Positions 1-10,175 of a DNA stretch of 64,000 nt are shown one piece after another. Source of the DNA: an uncultured Gemmatimonadota bacterium (lineage in GTDB: Bacteria; JAAXHH01); assembly GCA_951812955.1 (NCBI GenBank), contig OX638340.1, positions 704,001 to 768,000 of the forward strand, given 5' to 3'. Made by a program: the position numbers and the translations under genes. Below the pieces are notes generated by a model, which had not been told where the DNA came from, searched no databases, and saw only the letters and a list, made by a program, of their open reading frames with translations. Numbering within the stretch: position 1 is the stretch's first letter; each line of letters starts with the position of its first letter.

Positions 1-537
1 GTGCGCACGGGCGAGTTCGACCGCATGCTGCTCAGGCCCCGGAGCACCGTGCTCCAGTTGATCGGGCAGGAATTCACACTGAAACGGTTCGGACGGTTTT
101 TTCAGGGCGGCGGCGTCCTGCTCTGGTCGACGCTCTACCTGGACATCGCGTGGTCTCCGGCAGTCGTGGCCCTAACCGCGGTAACCGTAATCTGCGGCGC
201 CTGCTTCTTTCTCGGCCTTTTTATCAACATCGGTACGCTGTCCTTCTGGACCACGGAGACCCTGGAACTCATGAACGTGTTGACCTACGGCGGCATTGAG
301 GCTTCCAAATACCCCCTGGCCATCTATCGGACCTGGTTCCGCAGGTTCTTCACCATGGTGATCCCCATGGGATGCGTGACCTATTTCCCGATCCTCGCCA
401 TTCTCGGCCGGCCGGACCCGCTCGGTACGTCTCTCGCGTTTCAATACACCGCCCCTTTCTTCGGCCTGCTGTACTTTGTGCTGTCGCTATTCATCTGGCG
501 ACTGGGCCTGAGGCACTACCGTTCGACCGGAAGCTGA
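1..537 (+). CDS. ABC-2 type transporter permease-like membrane protein, C-terminal fragment (5' end off window)
   Basis: ORF runs from the window edge. Multi-TM hydrophobic protein with an ABC-2/DUF990-like pattern (LLRPRSTVLQLIGQEF...). No in-window start. Confidence 0.4.
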   Translation: MRTGEFDRMLLRPRSTVLQLIGQEFTLKRFGRFFQGGGVLLWSTLYLDIAWSPAVVALTAVTVICGACFFLGLFINIGTLSFWTTETLELMNVLTYGGIEASKYPLAIYRTWFRRFFTMVIPMGCVTYFPILAILGRPDPLGTSLAFQYTAPFFGLLYFVLSLFIWRLGLRHYRSTGS

Positions 538-691
538 CGCGCACACCCGATCACCGGTACGGAGCACGCGCTTACGGTTGTATTCGGGACGGAGCACGCG
601 CTCCCGGCGCACCCGAGGGCAAGCCCGCCATACCATCGGGATACACCGTCCTTCTTGACGATACCGCGGGTCCCGTATTAATTGGACCGGT

Positions 692-1147
692 ATGGCGAAC
701 GACAGACAATATCGATCGAATACGCGCTTCGTAGCCACCCGCGGCGTCAAGGAATACCGGGCCAGCATACCCGAGTGGGTGAATGAATCCGATACCGTCC
801 TCGAAATCGGCTGCGAATGGGGCACGACGACCCGGATCATCTCCGACCACGCCGCGTCGGTCATCGGTACAGATGTCAGTCCGGAAGTAATCGAACGGGC
901 CCGGGAACGCCACCCCCACATTCGGTTTGAAGCGCTGGACGCATTCGACGTGAGGGCGGCGCTCGAATTGAACGTGGACTTCACCAAGATCTACATCGAC
1001 ATGTCGGGGATATCCGGCTACCGGTCGCTGCTGGACCTGATCGCCCTGCTGAACAGCTATGCCGCCGTGTTGAGACCGGAAGCGATCGTGGTCAAGAGCG
1101 GCGCCTTGAAGCACTTCGCATCCCGTTGCATCCCGTTCAAAGGGTGA
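692..1147 (+). CDS. Small class I SAM-dependent methyltransferase
   Basis: 151 aa with glycine-rich SAM motif VLEIGCEWG followed by acidic D (GTDVS). ATG at 692. Confidence 0.6.
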   Translation: MANDRQYRSNTRFVATRGVKEYRASIPEWVNESDTVLEIGCEWGTTTRIISDHAASVIGTDVSPEVIERARERHPHIRFEALDAFDVRAALELNVDFTKIYIDMSGISGYRSLLDLIALLNSYAAVLRPEAIVVKSGALKHFASRCIPFKG

Positions 1148-1899
1148 TGGAGCCTCCTATGTGCGACCACCTGCCCACCAGTGGATCTGGCGTTCCGTCA
1201 GGTCGAAAGACCGGCATCCTCGTCCATGGCTACAATCTGAATGCCGGCCAGTGGGAGTCCGTGGTCTGGGGAGAACCGCGTGACCGGACCGGCCGCGTGC
1301 CCATGGGCGTGTTCGTCGCCCTGTGTGAACAGGCGGACGTAATGGTCTTTGGTTCCGGCGCGTCCAGAAAGGACGGGCTGCTGGAGTCCGAGTCCACGGC
1401 CCGATTGTTATGGGAACGGTTTGACGAACTCGCCGGATTTTCGGTATTTGGAAACTACCTGCACGAACTGAAGCGTCCTCCTTCAGCCGGCCGGTTCAGG
1501 AAACGGATTGAATCCATTTTGCGCCTGGACACGGATTCGAGGAATACCCGTGATGAAATCGCCCATGCCGGCGAGGTATTCGTCGACCTGGACGTGGAGC
1601 GGGTCATCCTGGTATCGAGCCCGACTCACCTGCCGCGTTGCCTGCGGGACGCCTGCTCAATCTACGGTGAGAACAGAAAAATGTCCCATCTGCGGCAGGA
1701 ACTCTACGCCACGCCCAGCGTCACCGGTTATCCCGGCTACTCGGCGGACGACGTCGCCATTTTCGAACCGCCGCATCGACCGGACCGTCCAGGATCAAAC
1801 CTCAGCAGGTTGGTGGCCCGAGTCCACGACCTCCCGGACAACGCGCGTGAACGGTTTGTCCGTCGCATGGAAGACCTGCTCCGGGAATTCAGGGTGTAA
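1147..1899 (+). CDS. DUF218 (YdcF/ElyC/SanA-like) domain protein
   Basis: Motifs GILVHGYNLN, VMVFGSGASR and VILVSSPTHLPR are typical of DUF218. ATG at 1147 overlaps the upstream TGA (TGATG), preferred over the TTG at 1126. A 10-bp duplication gcatcccgtt x2 sits just upstream. Confidence 0.5.
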   Translation: MEPPMCDHLPTSGSGVPSGRKTGILVHGYNLNAGQWESVVWGEPRDRTGRVPMGVFVALCEQADVMVFGSGASRKDGLLESESTARLLWERFDELAGFSVFGNYLHELKRPPSAGRFRKRIESILRLDTDSRNTRDEIAHAGEVFVDLDVERVILVSSPTHLPRCLRDACSIYGENRKMSHLRQELYATPSVTGYPGYSADDVAIFEPPHRPDRPGSNLSRLVARVHDLPDNARERFVRRMEDLLREFRV

Positions 1900-1953
1900 G
1901 CATAGATCCAGCGACCGGATCGGGATTCAGCAGGCAATCGCGAGGAGCAAGGC

Positions 1954-2772
1954 ATGATGACCCCGGAACAAAGGTACCTGTTCGATGTTTTTGGATACCT
2001 GCACATTGAAAATGCGCTTTCAAAAGAGGAACTCACGGCCTGCCAGCGAGCTTCGGCCCGATACATGAACACGCCGGAAGACAGGCTCCCGCCCGGATTC
2101 GGATTCGACGGCAAACGCCATCTCCATGGGTTCGCCTTCGACAAGTCGCTGGAAGCCCTGACCCGCCATGCGTCGATCTGGCCCATCGTCCGGGAACTCA
2201 CCAACGACAAGCCACGGTTGATCAGCGGCACCCTCCAGGTGGACCGTCCCGGCGAATCGGCCGTGGGCGGACTCCACTGCGCCAGGGAGGGATTCGGATG
2301 GGAGAGCACCCGGTACGAGACGCATCACGGAAGGGTCTATTGCGACGACATCATCGTGTTTCCCTATCTGGACGACGTATTGCCCGGCGACGGCGGCCTG
2401 ATCGTCCTGCCCGGATCCCACAAGGCCAATTTCCCGCGGCCGGAGCACCTTTTCAACAACGGGCTCATGCACGGTGTGGAGGACCTCGCGCCCGGCGTGG
2501 TCAACATCACGCCCAGGGCGGGTGACATCATCGTGACCTCGGAGCTCATGACCCACGGCATCCTGGAATGGCGGCCCAGGGACCGCATCCGGCGTATCGT
2601 CGTGCTGCGTTACAAACCCCAGCACGCCGGGCTCGCGACGCCGTTTCCCGATGAGATTAAGGCCGTGCTTTCTCCCGAAACTCGGGAACTGATCGAGACG
2701 GCCCACTACAACCATGTCAAGGAAATCGTGAAGGACGACCCGGACGGCAGCCCGAAAAGGGCGATTTCATGA
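1954..2772 (+). CDS. Phytanoyl-CoA dioxygenase (PhyH) family Fe(II)/2-oxoglutarate oxygenase
   Basis: N-terminal EQRYLFDVFGYLHIENAL and GGLIVLPGSHK motif. GAGGAG RBS 6 nt upstream of ATG 1954. Confidence 0.7.
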   Translation: MMTPEQRYLFDVFGYLHIENALSKEELTACQRASARYMNTPEDRLPPGFGFDGKRHLHGFAFDKSLEALTRHASIWPIVRELTNDKPRLISGTLQVDRPGESAVGGLHCAREGFGWESTRYETHHGRVYCDDIIVFPYLDDVLPGDGGLIVLPGSHKANFPRPEHLFNNGLMHGVEDLAPGVVNITPRAGDIIVTSELMTHGILEWRPRDRIRRIVVLRYKPQHAGLATPFPDEIKAVLSPETRELIETAHYNHVKEIVKDDPDGSPKRAIS

Positions 2773-3929
2773 ACATCAGGGATATCCGCGCCTTCACCGT
2801 GGACCTGTCTCGTGCCAGGAAAGCGGTCAAATCCTCGCTGCAAAGGAAAGGCCGCCAACCTGCCGGCCCCATGGATCGATACCCTGACTACCGGGGCAGT
2901 CGTTCGGCCGCGGGACCCTCCTGGCCAAGCGCGGCGTGCATTGTCGAAGCTGATGACGGATCTTTCGGCCTGGGTATCACCCAGCAGAGCGGCCCGGTCC
3001 TTCCCATCATCAACGATCACTTCCGGTCGCTGCTGGCGGGTCAGCCCGTCATGGCAACGGAGAAGTGCTACGACCTCATGGTCCGCGCGAGCGCCGCGTA
3101 CGGAAGCCAGGGCGCGGCCGGTTTCGCCATCAGCGCGGTGGATCTTGCGCTCTGGGACCTGAAAGGCAAGCTACTCGGCAGGCCGGTGTACGAGTTGCTG
3201 GGCGGTCCACAGAAGAAACACATCGACTGCTACGCCACGGGATTCGATATCGAATGGTACCTCGAGCTGGGGTTCAAGGCGGTTAAACTGCCTATGCCTT
3301 ACGGCCCCGACGACGGGATCGACGGACTGAACCGGGCCGATGAAATGGTTGCCGAAACGCGGGCGACGATCGGCGACGATATCGAATTGATGCTCGATTG
3401 CTGGATGGCGCTTGACGTGGAATACGCCGTTAGGTTGGGCGAGACGCTGAGACCCTATCGGTTGAAGTGGCTGGAGGATTACCTGATGCCCCACGACCTG
3501 GGCGGATTCGCGGCCGTCCGGCGTCGCTTACCTGCACAGGGTCTGGCCACGGGAGAACACTGGTACCTGGCGGAACCGTTCCTGTATGCCGCTGAACACC
3601 GGCTGGTGGATATCTTTCAACCGGATATCAAGTGGTGCGGCGGGATGTCCGCCGCGGTCCGCATCTGCCACATCGCCGAGGCCGCCGGGTTGACCGCCGC
3701 ACCGCATGGCGCCATGAACGATCCCTATGGACAACACCTGGTGTTCGCCATGCCCGCGGCAAGGTGGGGCGAAAGGTCAAGCGGAGTCTCCCCGCCCGGG
3801 GTACCCCTCGCGGAGATGGTTGAACTGCCGGGAACGGCCGTTATCGAAGACGGCTGTTTGACGCCCAGTGACGCTCCGGGTTTCGGGATCGAGGTGGACC
3901 AGGCATGGCTGGACCGCTTTGCCGTATGA
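2769..3929 (+). CDS. Enolase-superfamily enzyme (mandelate racemase/muconate lactonizing family; sugar-acid dehydratase-like)
   Basis: AVDLALWDLKGKLLGRPVYELLGG plus a KWLEDY-type metal-ligand region. ATGA overlap with the PhyH gene stop. Confidence 0.75.
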   Translation: MNIRDIRAFTVDLSRARKAVKSSLQRKGRQPAGPMDRYPDYRGSRSAAGPSWPSAACIVEADDGSFGLGITQQSGPVLPIINDHFRSLLAGQPVMATEKCYDLMVRASAAYGSQGAAGFAISAVDLALWDLKGKLLGRPVYELLGGPQKKHIDCYATGFDIEWYLELGFKAVKLPMPYGPDDGIDGLNRADEMVAETRATIGDDIELMLDCWMALDVEYAVRLGETLRPYRLKWLEDYLMPHDLGGFAAVRRRLPAQGLATGEHWYLAEPFLYAAEHRLVDIFQPDIKWCGGMSAAVRICHIAEAAGLTAAPHGAMNDPYGQHLVFAMPAARWGERSSGVSPPGVPLAEMVELPGTAVIEDGCLTPSDAPGFGIEVDQAWLDRFAV

Positions 3930-3932
3930 CGG

Positions 3933-5033
3933 TTATTCCTCCGGCCCACGGTCTTCAGATTCCTGCGGTAGATGAACCGTCCGGGTCGGAAAGGCCAGAC
4001 TGAGTCCGAGCGATTCGACGATCTCCATGATCTTCAGGTTTACGTCCTCCCTGATCCGCAGGTAGTCCTCCCACACCGTTGTCGCGGTAAAGTAGTAGAC
4101 CATGATGTCGAGGGAGTTCTCGGCAATCTCGTTGAAGCGTACGAGCATGGTCGATTCCTGGCTTACTTCGGGATGGGTACGCAGCAGTTTTTCTATCCTT
4201 GAAACGGTCTCTCTCATCAATTCCGACGGCGTATCGTAGGTGAGTCCCACCGTGATCCATACCCGGCGGAATGGCCGGGAAGAGATATTGTCGATTACGA
4301 ATTCCGCCAGCCGGTTGTTCGGAATAACGACGACGGTCTGTTCAAATGTCCGGATCCTGGTGCTGCGAAATCCGACGCTTTCCACCACGCCTTCGATCTC
4401 CCGGTCGGGCGACACGATCCAGTCCCCGGCGACGAAGGGTCGGTCGACCAGCAGCATGATGGACCCGAACACGTCGGCCAGGGTCTTTTGAGCTGCCAGC
4501 GCCACGGCCAGGCCGCCGATCCCCAGACCGGCCAGCAATCCCGAAACCGAGTAACCCAGATTCTGCAGGATCATGAGCGCCGCCAGGATCCAGACCAGAA
4601 TCTGAAGCGCTCGCTCCACGAGCGGAACCAGGTGGTCGTCCAGGGTCGTGTCCGTTTTGTGGGCCCATTCCTTGAGCATTGACGTGAATACGTTGACGCA
4701 TCTGAAAATCATCCAGGCCGTCAGAAGTGAAAAGGGCACCCAGAATCCCGCTCGTAACACCCCCATGACCAATTCAGGCGGACGAAGCGTATAAATGGCG
4801 AGATACAAACCTAGCACGACGATAACCCATTCGAGGGGTTTCTCGACCGCCATGATCAGCATATCGTCCAGGTGGGTCCTGGTAACGCGGGCCAGCCGTT
4901 TGGCGGCGCGGGTCATCAAATGCTTGAACAGCCATTTAAATACTAGCGTCCCAAGCAGAATCGCAAAGGTTGTACCGATTTCCCTGCCCGTCCACTGCCA
5001 CGACTGTTCAAGCAGGTTGTAAAGGGCGTCCAT
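3933..5033 (-). CDS. Mechanosensitive ion channel, MscS family
   Basis: TM helices followed by the MscS beta-domain signature (VVIPNNRLAEFVIDNISSRPFRRVWITVGLTYDTP). Start placed at the internal ATG with GGGAAGGA RBS (MDALYN); the ORF is open to 5084. Confidence 0.8.
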   Translation of the reverse strand: MDALYNLLEQSWQWTGREIGTTFAILLGTLVFKWLFKHLMTRAAKRLARVTRTHLDDMLIMAVEKPLEWVIVVLGLYLAIYTLRPPELVMGVLRAGFWVPFSLLTAWMIFRCVNVFTSMLKEWAHKTDTTLDDHLVPLVERALQILVWILAALMILQNLGYSVSGLLAGLGIGGLAVALAAQKTLADVFGSIMLLVDRPFVAGDWIVSPDREIEGVVESVGFRSTRIRTFEQTVVVIPNNRLAEFVIDNISSRPFRRVWITVGLTYDTPSELMRETVSRIEKLLRTHPEVSQESTMLVRFNEIAENSLDIMVYYFTATTVWEDYLRIREDVNLKIMEIVESLGLSLAFPTRTVHLPQESEDRGPEE

Positions 5034-5203
5034 AGACTGATCCTTCCCGCCGGGGCCGGTTCTCCCGGCATTTTTTTGTCGCATCGCCGGCGCCGATGCA
5101 TATATTTCAAGGGCTGTATCTTAACGTAAGGCCGATGGACTGTCAAGTCGAGGTCGACTTGGCAGGATTGCCCGGCAAGGGTACATACCGAAGGAGGAAG
5201 GGT

Positions 5204-7315
5204 GTGTCGACTCGCGTCAGCGTCCTGATTATCTCGGCTGTGTTTATCAGCTTAACCGCTGTGCTTTGCGATGGTTCTGGTCTGCCGGAACCGCCAAAGT
5301 ACACCGGCGATCTACCGGAACTCCGTGCGCGCGGTGTGATCCGTTTCATAGTTCGTCCGGATGCAATCGACCATATACCCCGCAATGCGGAGCCCGTTGA
5401 GCTCGACCACGACATGGCAAGGGGCATAGCCGAATCGCTTAAGATGGAATTGCGGATGATCACGGTCGACGACCACCGATCCATGGTCGACAAGCTCCTG
5501 CTGGGCGAGGGTGACATTGTCGCCGCGAATCTCACGGATACACCAGAACGGGAGGCGAAAACCGCATTTTCGGTTCCCTATCACTATGTCGATGAGTACC
5601 TGATCGTTCCCGCCGGCGAAAGTGTCCCGGATAGCCTTGGCGATCTGGCCGGCATGGAGATCAGCGTTCGGGAATCCAGCGCATACTACCAGACCCTCCT
5701 GGAGTTGCAGAAGCAGGTGCCCGACCTGAGGATAAACATCGTCCCAGAAACGATGCTGACGGAAAGTATCATCGACGGGGTAGCCCGCGGTGAGTTCGAG
5801 GCAACGGTCTGCGACAACAACCTTTGGTATGCCGTCGAGAAAGCCTACGACGACCTGGCCGCGCCGCTTGTGTTGGCGGAAAACCGTGAGATCATCCTGC
5901 TGATGCGGCCCGGCGACGAGGAACTGAAGAAGAAAGTCGACGAGACCCTGCTGGCGCTGCAGCTATCACGCACCCGCGAAAGCGTTTACACCGATGACCT
6001 GGACGGTTTGAAGAAGCGCGGCCGGCTTCGCATGATCACGAGAAACAACACGCTCACCTATTTCATTCACCGCGGAATGCAGGTCGGTTACGAATACGAA
6101 TTACTGAAAGAATTCGCCAGTCGGCATGATCTCCGCCTGGAAATCGTCATACCGGACAACCACGCCAAACTGCTCGACTACCTGAACGAGGGAAAGGGAG
6201 ACATCGTCGCCGCGGCCATGACGATCAACGAAGAGCGGGAGACGAAAGCGGATTTCACCATATCATACAACGACGTGGATGAACTGGTGGTGGTCCGCTC
6301 GGATGAAACCGACATTTCGAGTTTCGGGGATCTTGCCGGACGCAAGGTGCATGTCCGGGCCAGTTCATCGTTCCGCGCTACGCTCGAGGCGGTCGCCGAT
6401 TCCATCGAAGGGCTGGAGATTGTCGAGCTTCCGGACGATATCGAAACGGAGGACATCCTGGTCGGTATTGACGAGGGTATCTACGATGTGACCATGGCCG
6501 ATTCCAACCTGCTAGAGGTGGAACAGGCCTATGGACGCAACCTGAAGGCCGCGTTTCGTGTCAAGCCGGCTTCGCTGGGATGGGCGGTGCGCAAAAACAA
6601 TACTGCCCTCGGTGCCGCGCTCGACCAGTATATCAAGCAAGAAAAAAGAGGGCTGTTCTTCAACCTGATGCACAAAAAGTACTTCGAGAACCTGCGTACA
6701 ATCGCCAAATCCAGGGATTCTCTGAGGGTTGATCTGAGCGGGCAGCTTTCTCCGTACGACGATCACGTCAAGAAATACTCCGAATATTACGGGCAGGACT
6801 GGCGGCTGGTCACGGCGCAAATGTATCAGGAATCCAAGTTCGATCCGGATGCCGTGAGCTGGGTTGGTGCCCTGGGACTCATGCAGGTGATGCCGGCAAC
6901 GGGAAAGCAGATGGGTTTCACCGAACTGCATGACCCGGAGCAGGGGATCCATGCCGGCGTGAAGTACATGGATCACCTCCTGAACCGATTCGATCCCAAA
7001 CTGCCGATGGAGGTGCGGGTGCACTTCGCCCTCGCTTCCTACAATGCCGGATACGGCCATCTCCTCGACGCAAGGCGCCTGGCCAGGGAACTGGGCCGGG
7101 ACCCCGACCAGTGGTTCGGGCACGTAGAACAAGCCATGCTGCTCCTTTCCAAACCCGCTTACTACAAACGCGCCCGATACGGATTCTGCCGCGGCGGCCA
7201 GCCCGTCCACTACGTCGCGAACATACAGCAGTCCTACGAAGCCTACGTGGAAGCGCTCGCCTCGGACAAACCGGTTTTCTCGGACGACGCGGCTGAACTC
7301 GCCACGCGGAAATAG
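5204..7315 (+). CDS. MltF-like membrane-bound lytic murein transglycosylase: two SBP_bac_3 solute-binding domains plus a C-terminal SLT domain
   Basis: SLT motif ...QESKFDPDAVSWVGALGLMQVMPATG... after two periplasmic-binding-like domains. Signal peptide VSTRVSVLIISAVFISLTAVLC. GTG at 5204 follows AGGAGG (spacer 6); the ORF is open from 5096. Confidence 0.75.
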   Translation: MSTRVSVLIISAVFISLTAVLCDGSGLPEPPKYTGDLPELRARGVIRFIVRPDAIDHIPRNAEPVELDHDMARGIAESLKMELRMITVDDHRSMVDKLLLGEGDIVAANLTDTPEREAKTAFSVPYHYVDEYLIVPAGESVPDSLGDLAGMEISVRESSAYYQTLLELQKQVPDLRINIVPETMLTESIIDGVARGEFEATVCDNNLWYAVEKAYDDLAAPLVLAENREIILLMRPGDEELKKKVDETLLALQLSRTRESVYTDDLDGLKKRGRLRMITRNNTLTYFIHRGMQVGYEYELLKEFASRHDLRLEIVIPDNHAKLLDYLNEGKGDIVAAAMTINEERETKADFTISYNDVDELVVVRSDETDISSFGDLAGRKVHVRASSSFRATLEAVADSIEGLEIVELPDDIETEDILVGIDEGIYDVTMADSNLLEVEQAYGRNLKAAFRVKPASLGWAVRKNNTALGAALDQYIKQEKRGLFFNLMHKKYFENLRTIAKSRDSLRVDLSGQLSPYDDHVKKYSEYYGQDWRLVTAQMYQESKFDPDAVSWVGALGLMQVMPATGKQMGFTELHDPEQGIHAGVKYMDHLLNRFDPKLPMEVRVHFALASYNAGYGHLLDARRLARELGRDPDQWFGHVEQAMLLLSKPAYYKRARYGFCRGGQPVHYVANIQQSYEAYVEALASDKPVFSDDAAELATRK

Positions 7316-7334
7316 CCGAAAATCGGAGCAATCC

Positions 7335-8708
7335 ATGGATTCCGACGTCAGAGACCCCATCCGCCGGGCACCCTGGCAGAACCTCCAGGTACTCATCCAG
7401 GCCGATTCACGGCACGTACTGCCTTCCTATATCGGTTCGCTGACGGCGAGCGAACTCGCCCTGGCCGTCTCGCGCCTGAGCCAGGAAGAGCATACCCGGC
7501 TGCTCAATCTCCTTTCGCCCCAGGACGCGGCCGAGTTGATCGATCAGATCGAAGACGTGCAGGCGGTCGACCTGATCGAGGATCTCCCGGCGTCGGAAGC
7601 CGCGGCGATCGTCGACGAGATGTACAGTGACGCCCAGGCGGACCTGCTCGGCGACTTGAAAGACGAAGAAGCGGAAGCTATTCTCGAGGCGATGCCGGAC
7701 GAAACGGCCGAGGAAGTCCGGCGCCTGATGCAGTATCGGGACGATACGGCCGGCGGCATGATGCTGACCGAGTTTGTATCCTATCCCGCGGATTACTCCG
7801 TTCAGCACGTAATCGACGACCTGCGGAACAGACACGATGAATACGCCGGTTACGATGTACAGTATCTTTATGTTTCGGACGGACCGAAGCTGTCCGGTGT
7901 ACTGAGACTGCGCGACGTGCTCATGGCACTGCCCGGCCAGCCGCTCACGGAGATCATGTCGGCTGACCCGGTGCGCGTCGACGTCCATACGCCGCTTGAA
8001 GAAATGCGCGACCTCTTCGAGACCTATACCTATCTCGGACTGCCGGTTATCAATGAAGAAGGGAAACTGGTCGGCGTAGTACGCGCCGCGGACGTGCAGG
8101 AAAAACTGGCGGAGAAAACCGAAAGCGAGTTCCGAAAGACGAGCGGTATCGTGGGCGGCGAGGAACTGCGCAGCATGCCCGTCCTTACAAGGTCCTCTCG
8201 CCGGCTGTCCTGGCTCAGCGTCAACGTCGTGCTGAACATCCTGGCGGCGAGCGTCATCGTATTATACCAGGATACCATTGAAAAGGCGATCACCCTGGCG
8301 GTATTTCTGCCCATCATTTCAGACATGAGCGGATGCTCGGGCAACCAGGCCGTGGCCGTGAGCATCCGGGAACTGGCCCTGGGCCTCGTACGGCCCCGGG
8401 AGATCCTGCGCGTCCTCTTCAAGGAAGCCTCGGTGGGACTCATGAACGGACTGGCGCTCGGGACGCTCTTGGCCATAGCCACCCAGTTGTGGCAGGGAAA
8501 CCCGTACCTGGGTCTAGTCGTCGGAACCGCTCTGGCTGCAAACACAGTGCTCGCTGCGTGCCTGGGTGGGGTCATTCCCCTTGCGCTCAGGGCACTCAAG
8601 GCCGATCCCGCGCTGGCCTCCGGCCCCATGCTCACGACGGTAACCGACATGTGTGGCTTCTTTCTTCTCCTCAGCCTGGCGCAGTTCGTATTGCCGAAAC
8701 TGGTATGA
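7335..8708 (+). CDS. mgtE: Magnesium transporter MgtE
   Basis: Acidic MgtE N-domain, CBS pair, and C-terminal TM domain with the PIISDMSGCSGNQA... signature. Confidence 0.85.
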   Translation: MDSDVRDPIRRAPWQNLQVLIQADSRHVLPSYIGSLTASELALAVSRLSQEEHTRLLNLLSPQDAAELIDQIEDVQAVDLIEDLPASEAAAIVDEMYSDAQADLLGDLKDEEAEAILEAMPDETAEEVRRLMQYRDDTAGGMMLTEFVSYPADYSVQHVIDDLRNRHDEYAGYDVQYLYVSDGPKLSGVLRLRDVLMALPGQPLTEIMSADPVRVDVHTPLEEMRDLFETYTYLGLPVINEEGKLVGVVRAADVQEKLAEKTESEFRKTSGIVGGEELRSMPVLTRSSRRLSWLSVNVVLNILAASVIVLYQDTIEKAITLAVFLPIISDMSGCSGNQAVAVSIRELALGLVRPREILRVLFKEASVGLMNGLALGTLLAIATQLWQGNPYLGLVVGTALAANTVLAACLGGVIPLALRALKADPALASGPMLTTVTDMCGFFLLLSLAQFVLPKLV

Positions 8709-8759
8709 AACAGGTAAATTGGATCAAACCCACGGTCGAACTACCCCGACGTCGGGCAG

Positions 8760-10157
8760 GTGGATCGTGCGACATGCTATTCGGACACAAGGACATTCGC
8801 GGTGCACCCCAGCATATCCAACACCCTCGGTAGTATCCGCAAGGCAAGCCGGTTCATCGGCAGCGAGATCTGGCTCATCAATACCCAGGGATTGTCCCGG
8901 CTGCACGCACTTCTGGTGCGTATTGCCAAGTCCGTAATCTTCCTGTATAACCAGTTCTGGGAAGACCGCCTGCTGACCCGCGCCTCGGCGCTGACCTTCT
9001 CCAGCCTGCTGGCCCTTGTCCCGCTGCTCGCTATCGTCTTTACCCTGTACCAAAGCATGGGCCTGTACGTGGAAATCGAACCTACCCTCCGAGAATGGCT
9101 GAGTCCACTGGGCAGCAACGGAGATGTCGTGGCCACGAATATCATGAATTTCCTGGCCAATGCCCAAACCGGCACGCTGGGATACGTCGGGGTGGTGGTC
9201 CTTCTATTCGCGGTCCTGGGAATCCTGGCGAATATCGAGGAATCCTACAACGACATCTGGCACGTACGGCAGATGCGAAACTGGAAGCAACGACTGGTCA
9301 GCTACCTGGCCCTGTTGCTCATTGGACCGCTGATCATCACCGGCGTAGTTACTTTTACGGGTTCGTCCGACAGCATTGCCATCCTGGCCTACATCGAACG
9401 GATCGCGGGATTCTCGCCCCTGTCCTTATTGCTGATCGGACTCTTTTTTTCACTCATTATCTGGTCGGTGCCCAATACGCGGGTTTGGATCCGTTCCGCC
9501 CTGGTCGGCGGCATGAGTTCCGGGTTCGGCTGGTTGTGGCTCAACTGGGCCTTCGCCCAGTTCATTGCCGATACGACGCAGGCGAGCGCGAGAGAGATCC
9601 TTTTTGCCGGTTTCGCCGCCCTGCCGCTATTCCTGATCTGGCTGTACCTGGGCTGGGTGATCCTGCTGCTGGGAGCGATCCTGGCCTATTCGATTCAGAA
9701 CGTGAACACCATGGAGTGGAGGCAATCGGAGCGGGTCCACGGGACGGCGCTGCGGAATTACATCAACGTCCTCGCGTTCCTCTACATCATCCGCAATTAC
9801 GTGGAAGAAAACCGGCCGACCAGGCTGGATCGGCTTGCCGTACAGACAGGGGCTCCGGAGAACGTACTGGACGAAATGCTGTCTTCCTACGTGGATTCCG
9901 GTCTGCTTTCGAGGAAATCCGGACACCGCGTCACCTACGTTCCTGCCACCTCGCCTGCGGATATTCCCCTGCGTTCCCTGCTGAACGTGCTGTATCATCC
10001 GGAAACGCTGCCGGACCGGTTCGAGGGTGTCGATCCGCTGCATGCCATGGCCCGGGACCTACTGCAGTACTACCGGACGTCCTACCACTATCCCCTCGAT
10101 CAGTCCCTTACGGACACGGTGCTTTCACTCACGCCGCCGAGGAAGAACGCCCAGTGA
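8760..10157 (+). CDS. YihY/BrkB (ribonuclease BN-like) family inner-membrane protein
   Basis: ASALTFSSLLALVPLLAIVFTLY plus a multi-TM YihY pattern. Start uncertain (8760 or downstream). Confidence 0.7.
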   Translation: MDRATCYSDTRTFAVHPSISNTLGSIRKASRFIGSEIWLINTQGLSRLHALLVRIAKSVIFLYNQFWEDRLLTRASALTFSSLLALVPLLAIVFTLYQSMGLYVEIEPTLREWLSPLGSNGDVVATNIMNFLANAQTGTLGYVGVVVLLFAVLGILANIEESYNDIWHVRQMRNWKQRLVSYLALLLIGPLIITGVVTFTGSSDSIAILAYIERIAGFSPLSLLLIGLFFSLIIWSVPNTRVWIRSALVGGMSSGFGWLWLNWAFAQFIADTTQASAREILFAGFAALPLFLIWLYLGWVILLLGAILAYSIQNVNTMEWRQSERVHGTALRNYINVLAFLYIIRNYVEENRPTRLDRLAVQTGAPENVLDEMLSSYVDSGLLSRKSGHRVTYVPATSPADIPLRSLLNVLYHPETLPDRFEGVDPLHAMARDLLQYYRTSYHYPLDQSLTDTVLSLTPPRKNAQ

Positions 10158-10175
10158 TCCGAGGCGGGTAAACGC

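Noticed and set aside
572-1114. Numerous antisense or overlapping ORFs of 60-400 aa (for example 572..1114, 2020..2715, 17962..18693, 38384..39004, 46207..47145, 60582..61856, 62045..62884)
   Set aside because: These are typical high-GC spurious ORFs rich in Arg, Ala, Gly and Pro with no family resemblance. Each lies fully inside, and on the opposite strand to, a confidently identified gene.
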